Shown here: in pieces, positions 15,099 to 25,718 of the stretch
Position numbering within the stretch: position 1 is the stretch's first letter
Layout: the number at the start of each line of letters is the position of its first letter
Origin: a virus
Taxonomy: Duplodnaviria; Caudoviricetes
Virus record (IMG/VR): IMGVR_UViG_3300030329_003894
Location: 1-52,579 of that record
Strand: one strand, 5' to 3'
Length of the DNA: 52,579 bases
Made by a program: the position numbers and the translations under genes
Notes under the pieces: generated by a model
Told to the model about the DNA's origin: nothing
The model's database searches: none
What the model saw: the letters and a program-made list of their open reading frames with translations, nothing else

Positions 15099-16483
15099 TT
15101 CATTAATCCTTTAAATAATAATGATGGGTTTTTTCTTAAACTCATAGCCTTTGCTGCTATTTGAGCTAATCTACCTAATTTATCTTTTCTAATATCTGTT
15201 AATTTTGGAGAAGCTGGTTCTGGTCCATAAATTCTAGCAGTTTTTGATGCTGCTTGCGTTATTCTAGATTTCTTTGGAGATATGTCATACTCTTTTCTAG
15301 GCTTAGTCTCTGGTCTACGAGTTTTAAAGGTCCAATCAGCTCTATTTAAAACTGGTTGTGCAAACAACCTTTCTACACCTTTTGTAATCTTACCCGTACC
15401 TAAGTCATGAACATCTCTCATACCACCTCGTATTGGAAGATATGTACCGCCTTTTCCATTTTTATTAGGAATCCAAGCAAAATCCATGTATTGCCAATGT
15501 TGCCCAGCAACATATTCTAAAGCTTTAGACCATCCCATTCTGTTAATTGGAACAAATCCTAATCTAAAGGTCCTAGTAACAGTACCATCCTTCAATCGAT
15601 GCCTAAGGCCTTCTCCAGGTTTTATTTCAGTTAATTTCATATCACCTACAACTTCACCTCTGGGATTAACTGGCAACGATAATCCATTAATTACTTGCCT
15701 TGGGAATTTTCTAACTTCTGTACCATAATCATATTCAGCATTCATTATAGCTTTTTTAACATTAGATATTGCATTTCTACTACCGCTTGCAAATACTTTT
15801 TTAATACGACTTATTCTAGGGTCATTTTTTGCTTTATTTTTAAAATCATCTTGCTGCTCTTCTCCATGTATTAATGTCTCAATTTCTCTCCCAACATATG
15901 GTTTCATAGATGCATCTATCCTTGCCATTTGCGGCTCTACAATAGTTTTTACTCTTACATCACCCTTGCCCATTGGAATCATTGAAGGGTCCTTGCCAAC
16001 AGCAACTTTAGTATTGCCAACTAGTAATCTTCTTTTTTTCAACGTATTTTCTGCATTTTTTAAATCCTGCTCTTTTTGGATTCGTTCTCTTTCAGTGAAA
16101 ATTCCAAATTTATCATCTTTTCTTAATTCTTTTTTCTGGTCTTTAATTCTAGATTCCATAGCTTTCAATTCTAAAGATTCTCCAGTAACTAAACTATGCC
16201 CCAATTGATACATCCCACCTCTTACACTATAACCACCAGCTTGTAATGCATTATGTAATGCTTGAGATATCTTACCACCCTTAGCATATTGTTTAATAGG
16301 GCTACGAACTCCATATCCTTGAGTATCAACAACAGAAGATAATAGAGATTGTGCACCTTTTCCAAGGGCATAGCCACCTAAAGCAGCTCCCCCAGCTGTA
16401 TATGCAGCATACTTCCCAAAATTTTGGGCAGAATTTAACTCCTCATCTGAGGGGGTCATCGCTTCTATTAATTCATCTGCCAT
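15095..16483 (-). CDS. Basic protein, probable internal virion/ejected protein
   Basis: Follows the giant virion protein; N-terminal Gly/Ala hydrophobic segment. Confidence 0.5.
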   Translation of the reverse strand: MADELIEAMTPSDEELNSAQNFGKYAAYTAGGAALGGYALGKGAQSLLSSVVDTQGYGVRSPIKQYAKGGKISQALHNALQAGGYSVRGGMYQLGHSLVTGESLELKAMESRIKDQKKELRKDDKFGIFTERERIQKEQDLKNAENTLKKRRLLVGNTKVAVGKDPSMIPMGKGDVRVKTIVEPQMARIDASMKPYVGREIETLIHGEEQQDDFKNKAKNDPRISRIKKVFASGSRNAISNVKKAIMNAEYDYGTEVRKFPRQVINGLSLPVNPRGEVVGDMKLTEIKPGEGLRHRLKDGTVTRTFRLGFVPINRMGWSKALEYVAGQHWQYMDFAWIPNKNGKGGTYLPIRGGMRDVHDLGTGKITKGVERLFAQPVLNRADWTFKTRRPETKPRKEYDISPKKSRITQAASKTARIYGPEPASPKLTDIRKDKLGRLAQIAAKAMSLRKNPSLLFKGLMK

Positions 16484-19400
16484 TAATAAAATTCTCCAGG
16501 TGTAGGCACTTTTCTTTCAGGTCCTTCTCTAAGGTCTTTAGATGCCTTTGTTAAACCGATTGCAGGAACTCCTGTCCATTTATCAATAATTCCTAATGGA
16601 TTTTCTATAATATTATTAGGTCCATGCAAATCTCTAATTATTCTTCCAAATGGGAACATTGTATATACATAATAGTTAGAAACACGCTCCCAATCGTCCT
16701 CTAATATAGCTCTCATAGAAGAAATAGGCAATCTTAAAATAGGAGGAGTAACTGTCTGTAATGGAGCTAATGCTCTAGGCCATTGTCCAAAGAAAGCTCT
16801 ATTACGCTCTTTCTCATCTCCGAATATCCAATCAGCGGTATCTTGAACCCAATTCCAAGGAGCTGGCATAGCAGTTTCAAATAAGGAATAAGCAAAAGCA
16901 TTACCTAAAGCAAATACAAATAAGTCCATTTGCATTATTCTAGCAGCTCTTTTAGCTTCCTCTCCTTTAAAACCATATATTCTAGCTTGTCGTAAAGCTT
17001 CTTTTCTAAATCTAACAGCATTCCATCCCCATAATTGGAAACGAGTCATTACTTTACCTAATGCAGTCCTAGCAAACATAGGTCTATATGGAGCAGAATA
17101 TAAAAACTGTGTAGCTTTAACACCTTTCTTAGCTAATTCAATAAGAATAGGATGGTCAAAATCTTTAATAGCTCCACCAAATTTATTATACCAATGTAAA
17201 TAATGTGCCATAAAAGCATCTCTTCTTAATGCTCTCTCAGGGACAGACATAAATTTAGCTGCTAATTCTGCAACAGGCTTAGTTATTTCTCTTTTCTTAG
17301 CTAAGTCAAGTACAGATTCTTGTGATAACTCAGGGTCCTTTGAAAGCTTTCTAGCTACATCTTGAATAAATTGCTTATTCTTACTTGTTTGATACTCTTT
17401 AGCTAATCCATACTCAGCCATTAAATATTCTGGCAATACTCCATGTTTAACAACAAATTCATCGATTGCTTGCAAAGAGTTCCATTTAGGATTAATAGCT
17501 GATAATTTTTTAGGATTTCTTGCTGTTAGCCAGGTATTAAAACCTACTGATTGAATAGTATGCATAGTACCACCAAAGATATTATTAACCACCGATTTAG
17601 GATGTGCTAATAATGATGCTAATTCAAACTTAGCTTCTAAATTACTCCAGTTCCTTATCTGGAATAAATCTATTCCTCTTAAATTCTCTGGTAGGTCTTT
17701 CTTAATTAATCCAAGCTTTTCGCCTATTTTATTAACTCTATTTTTAACTCTATTGTCAGCCCACCAAGCATATGGAGTACCTTTCATCTTCATCTTAGGG
17801 TCATTTAATACTTGCTCAGGAACAACATCAGGATTACCCATAGCTCCTTGCACATATAATTTCAAAAATGTAGACCAAGCTTCAGTTTGCTCTTTCCCCA
17901 TCTTTTTAAACATAGTACTATTAAAATCATTAATTGTATTTCTTCCAAATATCTGTGACATTTGTCTGAAGTAATTGCCTACTAATCCCTTGACATAATT
18001 ATTAGCTACTTGTCTATCTAGGGAATAGCCTGGCATATGAGCATTTCTAGAGAAAAGTGGACCAGCCTTCTTTAAACTTCTAAACCAATTAATACTTTCT
18101 TGTTTTTCTTGTTTTTTGGCAGATATGTTAGTTAATACTTCAAAATGTTTCCATTCATCTAAATCCTGAAAATTCCATTCACCTGTTAATGCATGATGTC
18201 TATAGGTTAAGCTTGTTAATATCTCTTCCATTTGAGCTTTAGGTAGCTCAGCCTTATTTAAAAAATCAGTATATCTTTTTAATGATTCTAATGCTGTTTT
18301 TCTATCAAAATGCATATGAGGCCAATATCTTTCAAAATCTATTGGTTCTGTTGCCCTAGTTTCAGATTGCATTAATTCTTTTTTTACTTTAGGGTCTTTA
18401 GTCATTTCAATCATCATTGATTTAGCAACTTTTCTTATCCCATCTACACCAAATTCCAATGGAAACCCTTTGCCTGCTTCATAACTTTTCTTTAGATGTC
18501 TGACAAATGCAACATGGTCTATTCTAGGACTTGTTTGTGCTTTGTCATACCATCCTATTCTAAATGGTTCTAATGATGCTTGTATAACTCCCTTAGGTTT
18601 ACCAGTGACTTTATTAATAGGCACATCACCAGCTATAACTTCTGTGAACATTTTTCTAAAGAAATTGGTATATGCATCATTAATAACTTTAATAACTTCT
18701 TCACCCCTCATTCTTTTTTGCTCACCTTTAATATTAACAGTATATATCTTATCCTTAATAGATTTGTCATAATCATATTTCTTTAAGACATTTTGATATA
18801 GCTCATTATATGTTTGAGAGTCGGCATAATTAATAGCAGATTCTTTATCTTGCCTAGACAAAAGGTATTTAGTGTTGGGGTGTTCTCTAATTGCTACTGC
18901 AATCTCGTGAAGTGCATCTGCCCCTTTAATATTATCTAAAAACAATAACTCTTCACCTAATTTCTTTTCATATTCTTCGCCTTTACCAATAGCAGCATCA
19001 TTAGCTCTACCAATCCAATGAGTTAATTCATCCATATACTGTGTTGGTTTAACTACCTTACCTTTTTTAAATATACCTTCAGGGGTCAAAAACATACCTT
19101 CTTTTTGCATTAGAACAATTTCATCTTTCATTAATTCTCTATTAATTGTTTCAGGGAATTGCAAATAATGTCTTTGTGATAATTTAGTAATTTTACCACT
19201 TTTAAGTCTTTGCCATAAAGTTCCTCTTTTAATATCATCAAACCAATTACTCATTGCCATCCAATCAGCTTTATTCATTAAACTTATATCTTTCTCAAGT
19301 AATCCCCTCACTAATAAATGGAAATTTTCAGTAACTTTATTATTTTCTGTCTTTAAATGAGTTAGGATATTATCAATAGCGGCTTTAGTTTCCTTAGATA

Positions 19401-22400
19401 CTTCTACCTTTTTCTTAGGTTTTTTAACACTTTCCCAACCAGAGGTAGAAGTTAAGAATTTATCCATATCTCCAGTAAAGTATTCAGGTAGTCCTTGTTC
19501 TATATTCTCTTGTTTTTGTGGCTCTTCTACAAGTCTTTGTCCTAATTTCCTAACATCTTCAGGGGCTCTTTGTTTAGAAATCTCTGTATAAACATCGCCC
19601 ATTTCTTTTAAAAATTCTATTCTACTATCTCTATTGACAGATTGACTATTATAACCTAGCCTAGATAATGAAGTTTTAGATGCTTCCTGCCTCATAGAGC
19701 TTATCCATCTATAAGCTACTTCATCTAAGGGTATCTTCTTTTTATTAATAAGAGCTTCAAAATTCTGTATTGCTTTTAAATCACCACGATTTAATGAACC
19801 TAACATAAGAACATCAATTAAATCTTGTTGATTCTTAGTATTGTATGTATTCTTTTTAACCTTTGCAATCTTGGCATCTATAGTAGCTTGGTCCATTACA
19901 GCAGTAGTTGGCTCAGTACTTTTAACCTCCCAACTAAATCCAGGTGATTTTAATCCATGTTTTTTTAAGAATGCTGCAATATCCAACCCCTGGTCACCTA
20001 CAGATTCTTGTAAGTCAGGGTCATTTCTTAATCTTCTTTTACTCATTAAATAACTATTTCTTTTCCAACTATCTACAGCTGCAACAATTCTTTTAATATT
20101 CTTTCGCTCATTAGCATCCATTTTATCAATGATTTCTCTAACTTTTTTAACGGTAACTAATGTAGTTAAATCTTTCATAAGAAATGCACTAGCTTTATCT
20201 CTTATATCTCTTAAAACTTGTATTCTTTCATTTTTCCAATTAAAATTCTTAAGAGTTTTAAAAGCACCTCGTTTAGTTTTAACTTTAAATTCTCTCTGAG
20301 TTTTTCTTAATAATTCTGGTGTATGCTGAATAGTAGTATTATGTATAACTTGTTTAAATAAATTATTATCACTAGCAACAATATCTAAATCAGTATTATT
20401 TAATAGCGATAATCTTCTTTTATTTTTCCCTGAGCCTGTTGTACCTGCATTTAATGTCACATCCATATAATGGTGATAGTCCATTTTAAAAGACTTTCTG
20501 TCTAATAATTCAAGCAAATCATCGTATTTATTAACAGACTCTTTGTAGTTTCTATATAAAGCTTCTACCTTGTCTACATCTACTCTTTTCAAAGGACCAT
20601 CTGAATAGTCTAATTCATGTAACATCCTAGCAATTTTTGGAGTTACTGTATTAATATCAGCTTCATTTTCAAACATTAATTTAGAAGTCATTTCATGTCG
20701 TTCTTCCATTGTAAAATTACGATTCTTTAAATAATCTCTACCATAATAAGCTGAATTTGCTTTTTCCATCATACCAAAAATACCTTGTTGCTTTAACTGG
20801 TATATATCATTATTATTAAATTTATCAATGAACTCATTTGGATTCTTAACCTCTTTTCCATTTTTAGTTACTGAATCTACATTAAAATGAGCTTTATACA
20901 TTTGTTTCCACCATTCTGCATAATTTTTCATCCCAGGATAGTCCATAGGGTCAGAAGAAAGTCCTACCATAGCCCTAGTAAGCTTACGTATATAATCTTT
21001 CTCTTTTGGGCTTGTTTTAGGCGAAATTTTAACATCGTATACATCTTCTATCCATTTTCCTTTAACTTTTTTATTAGTTTTAAAGCTAAAAGTATCAGAA
21101 CCTCTATCTACTAATACATTATAAACAGATGCCATTATTTGTTTAGGACTAATTGCTGCACCACTAAGTAAGTTTCTACCATCTGTAGCTGCATGAGACA
21201 TCTCCATTCTAGTATTAGGAGCATAAGCTGCAGATATATCATCTATATCATATTTTCTTGTATCTGGTTTTAAAAGACTCTTAATTATTTCTTTATCTTT
21301 ATTTTCAGTAATAATAATATTTCCATCTTTATCCTTCTCGTAATATTCTTCTTTATTAGCCTCATAAGCATCTTTCCAAGTCTTTTTAAAGCCACCTTTA
21401 CCACCCATGTATACATAAGCCGCATCACCATCAAGGTCAGCACCACCTAAGGCTTTCATAGCTCTAGAATGCAATAAAATCCCATGACCTTTTCTACCTG
21501 TAAAACCTGCAAATTCTAATATATGAGTGCCTGAGATAGAGTCCATTGGAACTCTCATTACAGCAGACCTAAATACTTCTTTTAATTCAGCCTTAGCTAC
21601 AGCGTCTTTTGTTCTTAGATACATTTCATACAGCTCTCCTAAAGACCTATTACCAAAAGATTCTGTCTCTACTCTCATTTGGCGATAAGCTTCATCTAAA
21701 AAGAAAAGCTTATCATTAGTATCTAATTCTTTTAATCGAGGGTTGACACCATCCATATCTTCTCTTAAATATCTATCATATGGTCTCATTCTAGCAGATA
21801 TAGAATTATTAATTTTTGGCTTTGTAGCTTTATTAATTACCCAACTAGACAGAACTTTCATTCTATAGTCATTAACAAAATTATGGACAAAGATAGCCAT
21901 TTGATTTTCTGGCCTATTGCTTAGTTTAGCAGCCACTCTACCATCTTGAATCATTTGACTACTAAGAGAATTAAACTCTTCTAATTCTTTAATTTCTGCT
22001 TTATATGTTTCAATATCCATATCACCATTTTCAAATTCTTCAGCAAGGGAATCTTTTCTTTTCTCTAACATAATTTCATATGCTTTACGAGCAAATAATT
22101 GATTGCCTTCAAGTTTCATAGAAGCAACTATTCTACCTAAACCCATATTTTCCCAATCTAATTTCTCTAATTCTCTCATTAATTCTTTGTCAGATGCTGT
22201 AGGTAGTTTATCTTCATATGCCCTTAATGCATCATTTGCCTTTTTAGTGCCCTTGTATTTAGGTTCTAACATAGTATCAAAGATATCATTGACTATATCA
22301 TTCATATGTATACCATCTTTAGTTTTAGGTGCAAATGCTAGTGATTCTACTAAACTATTTAATAATTGCTTTTTAAGGGATTGTTTTTGTAACATTTCAG

Positions 22401-25400
22401 GACCTTGTCTAACACTATAATTAAACTTTATAGCACTAGGGTCTAATTCATAAATAGCATTAGGATTCTCTGTAATCAAATCCCTAGTACCTCTTTGCTT
22501 AGCTGCTGTTTCTTGTATGATAAAATGTGTATCAGCTAATCTCATATCTTCACTTTGTTTTTTACCCGCAGCATGCATCATATACTTACCTAATAAAGCA
22601 CCATGCTTAGCATCAGGGGCAATGATAAATGATTTATTTTGCCCAGAAACAGGATGACCAGCATCCTTATTTAAAGCATCTATTACATCATCTCTTACTA
22701 TAATAGCACCATCCATCATTTCTTCCATCTCAGTATTCTTTAAATTAGCAAGTTTTTGATTTTTAAGCTTTTTACCAGGCTCTACATCTACATCATTATC
22801 CATAACAAAATTAAAATTACCATTTTTTGTTAAACCTAATTTTCGTTTAGTTGTAGGGTCTACATAGTTTTGATAAAATTCTTTATCACCACCATAAGAA
22901 TCTGTCATCCATATTTGACTTCTTTTATTCCAATTCTTTACATTGTTAATAAATCCTTTTCCTAACATCATCTTCATATTAGCATCATTAAATTCTAATC
23001 CATTTTTAGCTAAATTCCATAAGACATTTGATTTAAAAGCCTTATCAAAGTAATCTTTTGCTTGTTGCTTAGTCATAAAATTATCACCTGCAGCAAATTT
23101 CTTACTAAACTTTTCAACAAAATCATCTCTTAATTTATCAATTTTATATCTTCTAAATCTTTTAGTTATCTGATTATAAGAATGTTTATCTACATCAGGA
23201 TGCCATCTCATAAATATAAGCTTATCATTATCTCCTTTTCCCCCGAAATAATAAAAGCCACCATTTTCTTCTTTCCCCCAATGCTTTAAACTTCTAGATA
23301 ATAATTCATTAAAAGCTTTTTCTCCATATTTTTGAGAACCTCTAAATCTAGAAGGAGTTAATTCTCTATGTCTACCATTAAATCCTTCTACTACTATATT
23401 ATCTAAAACAGCAAAAGCCCTCTCATCCTTACCTGTTAAAGCACGCCAGATATCATCTACTAGTTTCATTGGTTCAAGAGTTCTTTTTACATTACCTGCT
23501 AAATTACTTTGATAAGTTTCATCCATCATAGTAATTTGCTTACCATCAGAGGTAAATTGAATTAATTTTCTGTCATTATTTCTACGACTAATCCATTGAC
23601 GAGCGAAGTTTTCAGCCTCATCTCTTTGCTCTTTATTATATTCTTTACTTTTAGGATTTAATTCTTTTATATCAAATTCTTTAATTATTTCTTTTAAAAA
23701 CTCTTGAGACCTATTAACTTTAGAGCCTGGATTATGATACTTAGGAAAGATTTCAGCAATCCTATCCATATCTTGTATCATTTTAGATTCTTTAATTGGA
23801 CCAACTAACCCCTTATAAGAACCTATATTTTTCATATATTTCTTAACAAATTTAAATGGATTAGTGCCTATTTCTTTTTCAGATGTAGGTATACTACCTG
23901 TATCAGCATCTTCAACATTCTTTAAGCCACTATCATCTTTTTCTGTTTGTTTACCTTGTGCAATGGCCTCTTTAGATAATTGCTCGGGAAAATGTTGTTC
24001 AAATAATTCAGCAAATGCTTTTTTAGATTCATTTTTATTAGTAGCATCTGCAATAAATCCCATAGCCCTAGGAGGAGTCTCTGGATTTCTAGGAGCAAAA
24101 CCCTTAGCTGATGGTATATATCTATGCCATTGATTTTTTACATGCTCATATACATATACTGGCTTATTCATATTAATAGCCATTTGAGCAGCCCAGCCTG
24201 GAGCACCTTCTAATTGTTTATTAGTTTCTATTACTCTACCATCTTTTAATGTCATCTTCCTAAATTCGCCAGATAAGTATAAAGCATCTGCATTTTTAAC
24301 TACAAAATAATTCTTTCTGACCATATCTAGATTATCTCCAGTAGGTGTTTTGCCTAGCATATTACCAGCTCTAGTAATCTCTACATTAGCTTCTGCTAAT
24401 TCTTCTGGCTTCAATCCATGGGCTACACCAGGAAAGACTTTCTTTTTCATTTTAGCAGCTTCAGGCCTAGTAACCATATGTATATTAGCTATCTTATCTC
24501 TTCTTTTATGACCTTCTCTAGCAATAAATGATTCCACTCCACTTTGTCCAGAAGTAATAACAAAATGTTCAAATCCTGCTAATGCACCAGGTTTAAGCTT
24601 TATTTTTTTACCATCTGCTCCTGCTACTTGATAGTATTCACCAATATTATCAAGCATTTTAGCTGCTTTTTTAACATCTACTCCAGTAGCTTTTGCAAAG
24701 TCTAATACAGCTTGAGTATTCTCATCCATAGTTCCCCATCTAGACTTAAACATTTCTTTAGTAACAGATTGAACTTCTGGAGGTAGTTTTTTAAATTCAG
24801 GATGAAATTCAGGGTCTCTCATAACTAGAAGCTCTGCATTATCCTTAGCATCCTTTTCATATCTTTGCATAAATTTTTGAGCCTTAGCATATGTCCAAGG
24901 TCTCTCATTCCCACCAAACCACGCCCCCATAACATATTGATATACTTGCTCAGGAGTAGTAGCTCCTTGCATTGTACTAGGTAATCCCATAAATAATGAA
25001 CCAGCTAATGTTTTAGCAACCTTATTCCCTGCTTCATCACCCACATTAATAAAATTTCCAATACTTCTAAATACACCACCTGCCATACCGCCATGGGCAA
25101 ATGCAGACATCATTTCATCTACACCCCCTTGCCAAGAGGATACTGCCGAAGCTGTACCTAAATGGAATGCTCCTTCAGCTATATGCCTAGCTCTATTCCC
25201 AAGAATAAAGTCAGATGCTGTCTTTACAGCTGAATTTTTAGCTAATCTGCCTTGATTTAAAAAGGGTTTTACTGACTTCTTAGCAAAATCAGTTGCTACT
25301 TTGGCAGCAGCCATAGGAACGGATTTATCATTAAGACTTCTAGCTAATTTAGCTGCAGATACTAATGATTGTGCTTTAGTTAATTTAGCAGCTCCCATAA

Positions 25401-25713
25401 GTGGAGCAGATATAATACCAGGAGCAAAACCTGCTAAATGACCTAGGTTTTTAAATATAGCTTCGTATTCATTGTCAGGAGCTTCGCCAAAATGTAATGT
25501 AGTGAATCCCTCCATAAAGCCTGCACCAAAATCAGTGAGTGCATCTTTAATACTAAACTCACCACCAAAAAATGGCACACCATGATATGCGGCATGTTGT
25601 TCTATTGATTGTTTAAAGGGTTCTGAAAAGGCTTGAGGATTATCTTTATAACGGTCTATAATACTTCGTAGAGTTTTTTCGTCCCACTTTGGTTGAAATT
25701 GGGCTTCCGCCAT
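16483..25713 (-). CDS. Giant internal virion protein with a two-barrel RNA polymerase core (putative virion RNAP) and a SLOG-like domain
   Basis: RVP (R1387) ... GGADLDGD (D1426-D1430, nt 21424-21438); upstream DG (D1001) with K1027/K1043; located in the ejection-protein cluster. Confidence 0.75.
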   Translation of the reverse strand: MAEAQFQPKWDEKTLRSIIDRYKDNPQAFSEPFKQSIEQHAAYHGVPFFGGEFSIKDALTDFGAGFMEGFTTLHFGEAPDNEYEAIFKNLGHLAGFAPGIISAPLMGAAKLTKAQSLVSAAKLARSLNDKSVPMAAAKVATDFAKKSVKPFLNQGRLAKNSAVKTASDFILGNRARHIAEGAFHLGTASAVSSWQGGVDEMMSAFAHGGMAGGVFRSIGNFINVGDEAGNKVAKTLAGSLFMGLPSTMQGATTPEQVYQYVMGAWFGGNERPWTYAKAQKFMQRYEKDAKDNAELLVMRDPEFHPEFKKLPPEVQSVTKEMFKSRWGTMDENTQAVLDFAKATGVDVKKAAKMLDNIGEYYQVAGADGKKIKLKPGALAGFEHFVITSGQSGVESFIAREGHKRRDKIANIHMVTRPEAAKMKKKVFPGVAHGLKPEELAEANVEITRAGNMLGKTPTGDNLDMVRKNYFVVKNADALYLSGEFRKMTLKDGRVIETNKQLEGAPGWAAQMAINMNKPVYVYEHVKNQWHRYIPSAKGFAPRNPETPPRAMGFIADATNKNESKKAFAELFEQHFPEQLSKEAIAQGKQTEKDDSGLKNVEDADTGSIPTSEKEIGTNPFKFVKKYMKNIGSYKGLVGPIKESKMIQDMDRIAEIFPKYHNPGSKVNRSQEFLKEIIKEFDIKELNPKSKEYNKEQRDEAENFARQWISRRNNDRKLIQFTSDGKQITMMDETYQSNLAGNVKRTLEPMKLVDDIWRALTGKDERAFAVLDNIVVEGFNGRHRELTPSRFRGSQKYGEKAFNELLSRSLKHWGKEENGGFYYFGGKGDNDKLIFMRWHPDVDKHSYNQITKRFRRYKIDKLRDDFVEKFSKKFAAGDNFMTKQQAKDYFDKAFKSNVLWNLAKNGLEFNDANMKMMLGKGFINNVKNWNKRSQIWMTDSYGGDKEFYQNYVDPTTKRKLGLTKNGNFNFVMDNDVDVEPGKKLKNQKLANLKNTEMEEMMDGAIIVRDDVIDALNKDAGHPVSGQNKSFIIAPDAKHGALLGKYMMHAAGKKQSEDMRLADTHFIIQETAAKQRGTRDLITENPNAIYELDPSAIKFNYSVRQGPEMLQKQSLKKQLLNSLVESLAFAPKTKDGIHMNDIVNDIFDTMLEPKYKGTKKANDALRAYEDKLPTASDKELMRELEKLDWENMGLGRIVASMKLEGNQLFARKAYEIMLEKRKDSLAEEFENGDMDIETYKAEIKELEEFNSLSSQMIQDGRVAAKLSNRPENQMAIFVHNFVNDYRMKVLSSWVINKATKPKINNSISARMRPYDRYLREDMDGVNPRLKELDTNDKLFFLDEAYRQMRVETESFGNRSLGELYEMYLRTKDAVAKAELKEVFRSAVMRVPMDSISGTHILEFAGFTGRKGHGILLHSRAMKALGGADLDGDAAYVYMGGKGGFKKTWKDAYEANKEEYYEKDKDGNIIITENKDKEIIKSLLKPDTRKYDIDDISAAYAPNTRMEMSHAATDGRNLLSGAAISPKQIMASVYNVLVDRGSDTFSFKTNKKVKGKWIEDVYDVKISPKTSPKEKDYIRKLTRAMVGLSSDPMDYPGMKNYAEWWKQMYKAHFNVDSVTKNGKEVKNPNEFIDKFNNNDIYQLKQQGIFGMMEKANSAYYGRDYLKNRNFTMEERHEMTSKLMFENEADINTVTPKIARMLHELDYSDGPLKRVDVDKVEALYRNYKESVNKYDDLLELLDRKSFKMDYHHYMDVTLNAGTTGSGKNKRRLSLLNNTDLDIVASDNNLFKQVIHNTTIQHTPELLRKTQREFKVKTKRGAFKTLKNFNWKNERIQVLRDIRDKASAFLMKDLTTLVTVKKVREIIDKMDANERKNIKRIVAAVDSWKRNSYLMSKRRLRNDPDLQESVGDQGLDIAAFLKKHGLKSPGFSWEVKSTEPTTAVMDQATIDAKIAKVKKNTYNTKNQQDLIDVLMLGSLNRGDLKAIQNFEALINKKKIPLDEVAYRWISSMRQEASKTSLSRLGYNSQSVNRDSRIEFLKEMGDVYTEISKQRAPEDVRKLGQRLVEEPQKQENIEQGLPEYFTGDMDKFLTSTSGWESVKKPKKKVEVSKETKAAIDNILTHLKTENNKVTENFHLLVRGLLEKDISLMNKADWMAMSNWFDDIKRGTLWQRLKSGKITKLSQRHYLQFPETINRELMKDEIVLMQKEGMFLTPEGIFKKGKVVKPTQYMDELTHWIGRANDAAIGKGEEYEKKLGEELLFLDNIKGADALHEIAVAIREHPNTKYLLSRQDKESAINYADSQTYNELYQNVLKKYDYDKSIKDKIYTVNIKGEQKRMRGEEVIKVINDAYTNFFRKMFTEVIAGDVPINKVTGKPKGVIQASLEPFRIGWYDKAQTSPRIDHVAFVRHLKKSYEAGKGFPLEFGVDGIRKVAKSMMIEMTKDPKVKKELMQSETRATEPIDFERYWPHMHFDRKTALESLKRYTDFLNKAELPKAQMEEILTSLTYRHHALTGEWNFQDLDEWKHFEVLTNISAKKQEKQESINWFRSLKKAGPLFSRNAHMPGYSLDRQVANNYVKGLVGNYFRQMSQIFGRNTINDFNSTMFKKMGKEQTEAWSTFLKLYVQGAMGNPDVVPEQVLNDPKMKMKGTPYAWWADNRVKNRVNKIGEKLGLIKKDLPENLRGIDLFQIRNWSNLEAKFELASLLAHPKSVVNNIFGGTMHTIQSVGFNTWLTARNPKKLSAINPKWNSLQAIDEFVVKHGVLPEYLMAEYGLAKEYQTSKNKQFIQDVARKLSKDPELSQESVLDLAKKREITKPVAELAAKFMSVPERALRRDAFMAHYLHWYNKFGGAIKDFDHPILIELAKKGVKATQFLYSAPYRPMFARTALGKVMTRFQLWGWNAVRFRKEALRQARIYGFKGEEAKRAARIMQMDLFVFALGNAFAYSLFETAMPAPWNWVQDTADWIFGDEKERNRAFFGQWPRALAPLQTVTPPILRLPISSMRAILEDDWERVSNYYVYTMFPFGRIIRDLHGPNNIIENPLGIIDKWTGVPAIGLTKASKDLREGPERKVPTPGEFY

Positions 25714-25718
25714 GATAT

